Positions 55,400 to 64,000 of a DNA stretch of 64,000 nt are shown in pieces. Source of the stretch: Eledone cirrhosa (lineage: Eukaryota); the NCBI GenBank assembly GCA_964016885.1, contig OZ024741.1:333746001-333810000 (forward strand). The letters run 5' to 3'. The notes beneath the pieces are model-generated. The model was not told the DNA's origin and searched no databases. It saw only the letters and a list, made by a program, of their open reading frames with translations. Made by a program: the position numbers and the translations under genes. Position 1 is the first letter of the stretch. Each line of letters starts with the position of its first letter.

Positions 55400-56285
55400 A
55401 CGGGAAGGTGGTGCATACTAGATGTATGCCTCAATCTGAGCATGTGGGAAGGCAGGTCTTCTGTATTACTACATAGTGCCAGAGATCACAGTCCTGCAAG
55501 GTACCACTGTGCAAGGTCAGCTTTTATCACCTCATCCAAAGTCTTCCTACACCATAGCTTCTATCAACTTTGAGCATTCAGCACCTTTTTATACAGCTGT
55601 CATCCTTCACACGCATCACATATCCCTACCAACGCAATCTCCTTTCCTGCACACTGCATCGTATCCCTTTTATGCCCAGTTTCTCTCTCAGATCAATTAT
55701 GCTTTGCTGTTCATGCATATTACTATTACACATCCATCGAAGCATGGAAACTTCCAATCTTCACAGGTCCTCTGCACACAGCACCCAGGTCTAACTACCA
55801 TGCAACATTGCTGTTTGTATACATGCATCATACAATCTGCCTTTCATTTTGAGGGAAAAACATTTTGTAGTTAGCAGTGGTAATAGCTCCTTAAACTTTC
55901 TCCAACCCGTTCTTATAGTGGCTACAGTACTTTCGGAACAGCCCCTCGACTTCTAATTTGGTCACCTAAGTAACTATCTACTAGTTCTACACAACACACA
56001 GGGTATTTGAAGGAGCTTGTATCCTGTGGGCTCTTGCTATTTACTGCACCTGTGCATCAGCCACATGTAAAACCTACTTTCTTTGCTAGCCTGTCTGAGA
56101 TCCCACTACATCTCTTATGTATTTATAATTTGCATTTGGGACATAGGATGGAATTTCTATCTACTCCTTTCCTGCAAACTGAGCAAGACCATTTCCCTGG
56201 GAGAGTCTAGGCACTGTCTTCCTTTCTACATAAAACTTTGGTCTTTGATAAGTTAACTTTAAGACCTTTTGATTCTAGACCATGA
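55400..56285 (-). mobile_element. Degenerate RTE-like LINE RT C-terminal fragment
   Basis: Minus-strand translation RLYDACIQTAMLHGS*TW ... SMLRWMC, typical of the RTE post-RT region. Confidence 0.65.
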
Positions 56286-56467
56286 TCCAGGTTTCATGTA
56301 TATATATATATGTATGTGTGTATTTATGTATGAGACAAGACATACATACTACAAGCATACATACACACGTAGAAGAAGAAGAAGAAGAAGAAGAAGGAGA
56401 AGAAGAAGAAGAAGAAGAAGAAGAAGAAGAAGAAGAAGAAGAAGAAGAAGAAGAAGAAGAAGAAGAA

Positions 56468-57605
56468 GATCTTTTTAACTGGTTGAAATCCTTCATTCTC
56501 AGCCGAAAAGAGGTAGTCACAGCTCTAGGACAGCATTCTTCACCATATGAGATGTCATCTGGTGTACCACAGGAATCTGTTCTTGGTCCCCTTTTGTTTG
56601 TGGCATATATTAATGACATAGATGCCAACTTAAAGAATGCCACAGTACTAAAGTGCGCAGATGACATCAAGCTGTACCTTGAAATCAAAAGGACTGATCC
56701 TGAAATCTACAACTCTTTCCTACAATCAGACCTGGACACAATGAAGCAATGGATCACAGACTGGCAACTGAAGCTGGCTGTGGACAAGTGTACCACCATG
56801 CATTTTGGGAGGAAAAATCCAGCGTCCACATACTCCCTCCACAACACTGATATCAATAAGTCCTCTTGTGAACGTGACCTGGGCATTACTGTCAGCAGCG
56901 ATTTGCGTTGGACAAAGCACGTCTCTAAAATTGTCAAGAAGGCCGAGGGTGTCTTGGCATCACTCTGCAAGACCTTTGTCAGCCGCTCTCCAGCCATCTA
57001 TTTAAAGCGGTATACAGCTATAGTACGACCACACGTGGAATTCGTATCATCAGTCTGGAACCCCTTTCTTGCTCAGAACATTGACCTCCTGGAAACTGTT
57101 CAGAGACGTGCAACCAAGCACATACCCTCCATCAGACACCTACCATACTCTGAACGCTTTGTTTTCCTGGGCATGGGTTTACTGAAGCTCTGACGTCTGG
57201 CAACTGACTTGGTAAACACCCATAAAATTATTAACCATCTCACCAACAACAACCCTGAGCACCTTTTTGATCTCCATGTGTCTAACACACGTGGACATGC
57301 CTACAAAATCAGAAAACAGCATAGCTCCCATGACTTTCGGAAACATTTTTTCACGCTCAGAGTTGCTGAAGCATGGAACAAACTGCCTGCGTCAGTTGTT
57401 AGCTGCCGAGACACTGTATCCTTTAAATTCACCAAAACTACACCTGATGTCCCCCTTCCATACACATACACACATGTGTATATCATGACTCATGCACTGT
57501 TCATTTTCCTGACGTTTGTACATTACCCTATGTACTATACATACACTTTTTGATGAGTTGTAGTGCACCTGAGCACTGTACACAATATTTTCATTATTAT
57601 TATTA
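56468..57605 (+). mobile_element. 5'-truncated CR1/L2-group LINE (RT C-terminus and 3' UTR), between (GAA)n tracts
   Basis: SGVPQESVLGPLLFVAYIND, CADDIKL, ERDLGI, RPHVEFVSSVWNP, FFTLRVAEAWNKLP; (ATT)n tail; premature TGA at 57191. Confidence 0.92.
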
Positions 57606-59085
57606 AAAGAAGAAGAAGAAGAAGAAGAAGAAGAAGAAGGAATTGATCAACAAAATCCCAGACTTTATTTGCTTATCCAGTGGGGTGGAACTCGTCAATG
57701 TGGACCAAGGAAGCAATGTTTGCAATGGTTTTTCCATTGCTGATACTATCTACTGGTCACAACTCCTGGTATAAGGAGCAACATAAAATAAAATGTCTTG
57801 CTCAAGGACATAACACATCGCCCAGTCCAAAAATTGAACTCATAACATCACGATTGCAAATCTAATTGTCTGACCACTTAGCCACGTGTATTCACAGCTA
57901 GCATGCTTCTAGAAAGAGCAAAATCATGTGATTAACTCAACTAATTTATCTGTATGAGATTAGAATTCCTATATACAAAATACTGATTTTTATAATCTTT
58001 TAAACATATTAACTATTAATATCCTGTACCACATGAAACTGCATGAGGGAAACATTCTTGAAAAGTATAAAACAGCACTATGTCTGCACCACATTAATAA
58101 AGTCTTTAACTCTAATACTGCAAATATTCACAATGATTTATCCCCTAGTAAAGATGCTATAAACATTTAAATTAATAAACTCATGTTTAGATATATTGAG
58201 CTAAATCATTACAGGATGTGAAGAGTTAAATCTTAACATTCTGTACCACATGAAACTGCATTAGTAGTACATTTTTAAAAAGTACAAAACAGCACTATGT
58301 CTGCATCACATTAAAAATTAAAGTCTTTACTCTAATACTACAAATGTTCAAAATGATCTGTCCACTAGTTAAGACTGTAAACATTACTATTAAGAAACAT
58401 GTTTTGAGATATTTTCTCCTAAATCATTACAGGATTTGTTGAATATCATTTGAAAATCTGTCATTAAAATAAAAATAGTAATGATAAATAACGCATATAC
58501 ATAGTTGATCTCTCAGAATTTTATGAAGCGCAGAGGGAATAAGATTGATATAACAAATGGTGTGTTTATGCGCAGAAATGTTTAAAAATTTGCTGATGGC
58601 AACTTCTTTTTTCCGCGTTTAAGGGTCTTCACCCTATTTTGTAAGCTATTTTATAGCATCTCTGTGCATGAGTACACCACACTTTATATTAAAATAAATA
58701 AATTTCCATTTTAAAATTTCTTCATTGTTAATAAATATATCTCCAGCTGCTTCCTATCCAGGATCACATTTCTATATTAAATCTCTTCATTGCTAATAAA
58801 TATGACACTTGTTTCCCACCAAGGATCCTAATGTTATTGTTTTCTTTTGCATTTAGGGCTACATTGAGCAAAGAGCAATGATATTTGGTTGTGAAAAGGG
58901 TAACACTAGTATGGCCCACAGTGCCACATCATCCTCTCACTTGGATGGAGTACATGACTCGAAGGAGAAAGACCTTGGACATTATGAGGAGATACCAGGT
59001 AAATAACTGCTAATATTTTCTTTCTAATTGTAATAAAGCATGATAAAAGTATCCCAAGGCCGGTGCTACTATCAATATGATCATG

Positions 59086-60145
59086 GCAGCCACCTAGGGC
59101 ACAGACCTCAGAGAGGTGCATTACTGAACCTTAGAGGGCTAGACAGCCACCTAGGGCACAGACCTCAGAGAGGTGCATTACTGAACCTTAGAGGACTAGA
59201 CAGCCACCTAGGGCACAGACCTCAGAGAGGTGCATTACTGAACCTTAGAGGGCTAGACAGCCACCTAGGGCACAGACCTCAGAGAGGTGCATTACTGAAC
59301 CTTAGAGGACTAGACAGCCACCTAGGGCACAGACCTCAGAGAGGTGCATTACTGAACCTTAGAGGACTAGACAGCCACCTAGGGCACAGACCTCAGAGAG
59401 GTGCATTACTGAACCTTAGAGGACTAGACAGCCACCTAGGGCACAGACCTCAGAGAGGTGCATTACTGAACCTTAGAGGGCTAGACAGCCACCTAGGGCA
59501 CAGACCTCAGAGAGGTGCATTACTGAACCTTAGAGGGCTAGACAGCCACCTAAGGTACAACCTCAGAGAGGTGCATTACTGAACCTTAGAGGGCTAGACA
59601 GCCACCTAGGGCACAGACCTCAGAGAGGTGCATTACTGAACCTTAGAGGACTAGACAGCCACCTAGGGCACAGACCTCAGAGAGGTGCATTACTGAACCT
59701 TAGAGGGCTAGACAGCCACCTAGGGCACAGACCTCAGAGAGGTGCATTACTGAACCTTAGAGGACTAGACAGCCACCTAGGGCACAGACCTCAGAGAGGT
59801 GCATTACTGAACCTTAGAGGGCTAGACAGCCACCTAGGGCACAGACCTCAGAGAGGTGCATTACTGAACCTTAGAGGACTAGACAGCCACCTAAGGTACA
59901 ACCTCAGAGAGGTGCATTACTGAACCTTAGAGGACTAGACAGCCACCTAGGGCACAGACCTCAGAGAGGTGCATTACTGAATCTTATAGGACTGGTGCTG
60001 CCATTAAGACTAACTAGGCAGTCACCTCGGGCACAGACTTCAGAGAGGTGTATTATTGAACCTTATAGGGCTGGTGGTACCATTAAGACTAACTAGGCAA
60101 CCACCTGGGGCGCAGACCTCAGAGAAGTCCATTACTGAACCTTAA
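59086..60145. repeat. 57-bp minisatellite, ~16 near-identical copies plus 2 longer degenerate units
   Basis: Unit AGACAGCCACCTAGGGCACAGACCTCAGAGAGGTGCATTACTGAACCTTAGAGG(G/A)CT. Confidence 0.97.
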
Positions 60146-61367
60146 TGAATCACAGTTTTACACAACTTTGTATAGTTAAATTTATAATAATTTCCTCCAA
60201 TCAATAAATAAATTGCTAAACATTGTTTGCCACAGAGCTGTGTTGTGAAAATATCCAAAGTGGGGAAGAGGGTTGTATGATGTTATTACCTGTTACATGA
60301 TTTGGTATGGGTGAATGGGGACTTTGTTTTGGAAAATGCAGGTTTAGTAATTTCCTTATCATCGTTAGAGCAAGAAATACCAACAACTACATTCATAATC
60401 TTATGAAAACTGTAAGTTAAAATCATTTTATTTGAAAGAATGAGGTTTACATAGTAGGGTTAGCTCAGAGTGCTAAATACCTAAGCACACATTGTAGAGC
60501 TGACCTAGGGCACTAAATACCCAGGCTAGCATAGGGCACTAAATACCTAGGCACACATTGTAGAGCTAATTTAGGGTGCTAAATACCCAGGCACAGACTG
60601 AAGAGCTAGCCTATGCTGCTAAATACTCGGATGCTTGCTCTGAATACATCCAACAATTTTTTTTTTTATTTGGTTCCAAACCCATACCAGACTAGATATT
60701 TCTCAAGGAATATATTCTGAAACCAGAAATATTCTCCTGAGCCTTCAAATATGATAATATGACAGCTCAAATGTTTACAACTAAATTTAATGCAATGTGC
60801 CAACCTTCTAACATGAATTAACTATTTTGATAGGATTGTGAGAAATTCAACAGTCTGTCTATATTTATGTTCAAATTAATGATGACTGTATTGATGGTGG
60901 TTGTGGCAATAATAATGAAGATGGTGCGAAAGTAGTGATAATAATGATGGTGATGATGGTGGTGGTGGTTTTGGTAATAATAATGATGGGGGTGATAATG
61001 AGGGTGATACAGACAGATCGTTGTGGTGGTAGTGGTGATAATGATAGTAATGATGGTGATAATGAGGGTCGATTGAAAAAAAAATAAAAATAGCTGAAAA
61101 TTTAAATAAAAAGAAAATTTAAAAAATACCTAAAACAAAAAAGGAATAAGAGAAATTATGATGACAATGATGATGATGACGATGCAGAGTAATTAAAGTT
61201 TGTTAAAGTCTATAGGAGCCGAGAAAAGTGGGAGAGGGTGGAGAGGGGGGAGAGACATCAAGCAAGAGGAAATTAGAAGTTAGTTGTGATTCTGCATAAG
61301 AAAGGAATACAATGGATGTTTCATGTTTCCAGTTTTATAGGAAAACAATGGAACCATTCCTGTAGGG

Positions 61368-61427
<60 letters not shown>

Positions 61428-63343
61428 ACAACAACAATAAAAGGAGGAGGAGGAAGTTCACTGCAGGCATTCTTCTAGTCTTCAATATGACAGCTTAGTT
61501 TAAAAAATATTCCATCATCATCATCATCACCATCATTACTCTCAGTATCCTTATCATCATCATCGCTATCATCTTCACCATCATTACTGTGACTCCCATC
61601 AAACCCAGCACAACCTCAAACACCATTACTGTTATACACAATTGCAAATGATTATTCAATTTTATATTTATTTTCAACTTTAACACAAGGCCAGGAATTT
61701 GGTTGTGGGTGGTTAGTTAGGAGTATAGTTGATTATAGTGACTACCAGTACTTCACTGGTACTTGTGTTGTCAATCATGGAAAGACTGGAAAAAAGAAAG
61801 AGGAAAGGGTCCCCTTTGGTCATGAGTGACTATGAGTTTTGCACCAATGATTGACTGACCATAGGTTTGCTCCTCTGAGACACCTCTTGCCAGGCTAGGA
61901 GATTTTGTGTATGAGCTCCAGTCACTTATATATGCAAATTACCCCTCTTCAGAATGCTAAGGGAAAGATGAAGATTAATACAGATAGGCACCACTGTTAT
62001 CACAACCCATATTTTCCAACTGAGTGAACTGAAGCAATGTGAGATAAAGTGTCTTTTCAAGGACACTATACCATCTAGTCTGGGAATTGCACTCAAGACC
62101 TTATAATCACGAATCCAGCACCCTAACCACTAATCCATGTGCCATCATGGAAGAATGAAAGGTCAAGTGAAAACCTGGTAGGATTTGAACTCAAAATATA
62201 AAGAATTATTAAATAAACTTGGTAAAGCATTTTCTGTGACTATTAATTCTTCCAGAACTATTAATTCTTAAAGAACGGATCAACAAAATCCCAGACATTT
62301 TTCGCTTACTGAGTGTGGTGGAACTCATCAAATTGGACCAATGAAACAATGTTTCCATTGGTCTTTCGTTGCTGATACTATCTACCTGCCGCAACTCCTG
62401 GCAGAAAGAGCAACGTGAAATCATCATCGTTTAATGTCCATCTTCCGTGCTAGCATGGGTTGGACAGGTTTGTCCTACTTGAGGCAAGATTGGTTGGGTG
62501 ACCGTGTCTCACTCATACAGAAATGTTTCTGGCAGGTTTTCTATGGCTGAATGTCTTTTGTAACACCAAACCACATTTACAGTGTGTACTGGGAGCCTTT
62601 TACCATGTCTCCTACCCAACCACTTTACAGTGTGGACTGGGTGCTTTTTGTCACGTCACCTATATAACTACTTTACAGTGGGAATCAAACTCACGGCCTC
62701 ACAATTGCAAATCTAACTCTCTAACCATTATGCCAGGCACCTTCACTACACATGTATAAATAATTAAATGATTAGTATATAGTTGCTAAAATTCTACTCA
62801 ATTCCTGATTGTTTTTGTTAATCAATTTGAGAGTACTTAGTTGGAGAGTCAAGTTGCATAACTTGACCTTTCTATTACTTGACCTTTCATGATCAGAAAT
62901 GTGTAACAATGTAATAAAACCTATGGACCTAACCTAGAAAATCTGGTGCATATTTTCAACAGCGAAAAATAACACGAAATCCACAATGTATTTCAACTCA
63001 CAATCCAAGAAACACTTGTCTATTATATATGTTAGATAACATCTGAGGAAGAAAAGCATTGCTGAATGCAGAGTTTTCAGTAACTCAATTACTGGTCCAC
63101 AACATTTCTGATAGTAGGACAGAGAAGTGAGTGCCAGTAATTTGGTGCAGAGTAAATATTGCAAGGGTTTTCGTTTGAAGAGCATTGGATTTTGGAGGGT
63201 GGAGTAGATAGGGAGCAATATTTCAATCATTGGTATATACATACATACATCATTATTTAATGTTAGATCCTTCAGAGGTGTAAATCATACATAAATGGTA
63301 GAACACAGTTGTGTCTGTGAAATTGAGATGTTAATTTGTTTGT

Positions 63344-63374
<31 letters not shown>

Positions 63375-63699
63375 GAAAGGTATAGAAATTCTTTTAGCGA
63401 GAAGCTAATAGTATTCTATAACATATAAGGGAGTCTAATGTTTATATATATATATATATAAACATTAGACTCCCTTTTTCTTAAAGAGTTTTTTTTTCTG
63501 CAATTGCACATTCTCCTCCATCTTATTATTTATTCTTTAATTTTTAATTCTATTTGCTGATGGAGGACTAGCATCCAAAATGTTAGGACCCTTTTCCTAC
63601 TATATCAAGTATAACACTAATATATTTCTTTATTGTACTCTGTTGTTCGCTTTGTTATTTCTGTTTGTCTATATATATATATATATTTATTTCTTACAG

Positions 63700-63837
63700 C
63701 TGTCTATGCAAAACGTGGATGTCCTATTTCTGGCAAAGATAGAAAGCAAGACAAGAAAGGCAGCCAAATATAACGTGTATGTAATCACTGATGAAATAAT
63801 GCAAGTCTCCACAGAAACACCAACACAATGTATATGA
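63700..63837 (+). CDS. Candidate terminal coding exon of the protocadherin (LSMQNVDVLFLAKIESK...TQCI*)
   Basis: Pyrimidine-rich acceptor ATTTATTTCTTACAG|; open in phase 0 for 45 codons, matching the phase-0 donor at 50893; non-repetitive sequence. Confidence 0.55.
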   Translation: MSMQNVDVLFLAKIESKTRKAAKYNVYVITDEIMQVSTETPTQCI

Positions 63838-64000
63838 CTATATGACTATTTCAGTGATCACATAGCTCAGGCAACTGCGAAGTTGGACACATTTTAATAT
63901 ATACTAAATTATTTAACAGAAATAACTAACCAACTACTAACTAATAATATTTATACATGAATAATACGTATGTATGTACATATGTATGTTTGTGTTGTAG

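Noticed and set aside
56282-56468. Poly-Glu N-terminus fused to RT as a domesticated gene
   Set aside because: A (GAA)n tract happens to be in frame with a truncated LINE whose catalytic motif is altered.
59040-59582. 180-aa ORF of 19-aa repeats
   Set aside because: Translation of the 57-bp minisatellite; broken by a 1-bp-shorter unit; no spacers or exon signals.

Overview
AT-rich, microsatellite-saturated eukaryotic DNA, most consistent with a coleoid cephalopod (Octopus-like) genome. The only clear host gene is a + strand protocadherin. One 2.4-kb exon (48467-50893, ATG 48512) encodes the signal peptide, six cadherin repeats, the TM helix and part of the tail. There is a plausible in-phase terminal exon at 63700-63837 and candidate small 5' UTR exons upstream. 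The rest is repeat-derived: many tRNA-derived SINEs (tandem and inverted), RTE- and CR1/L2-like LINE fragments, a deleted DD37D (maT) mariner, hAT and piggyBac-like MITEs, and 21-, 22-, 48- and 57-bp minisatellites. Nearly all other ORFs in the track are microsatellite artefacts. Two observations stand out. First, a set of fold-back palindromes in (TA)n tracts have symmetry axes on the stem-loops of hammerhead-ribozyme motifs (Penelope/retrozyme-like ends). Second, inverted SINEs bracket the start-codon-containing protocadherin exon, whose length is a multiple of three, which suggests a translatable circRNA. All calls are by eye; no searches or folding were run.
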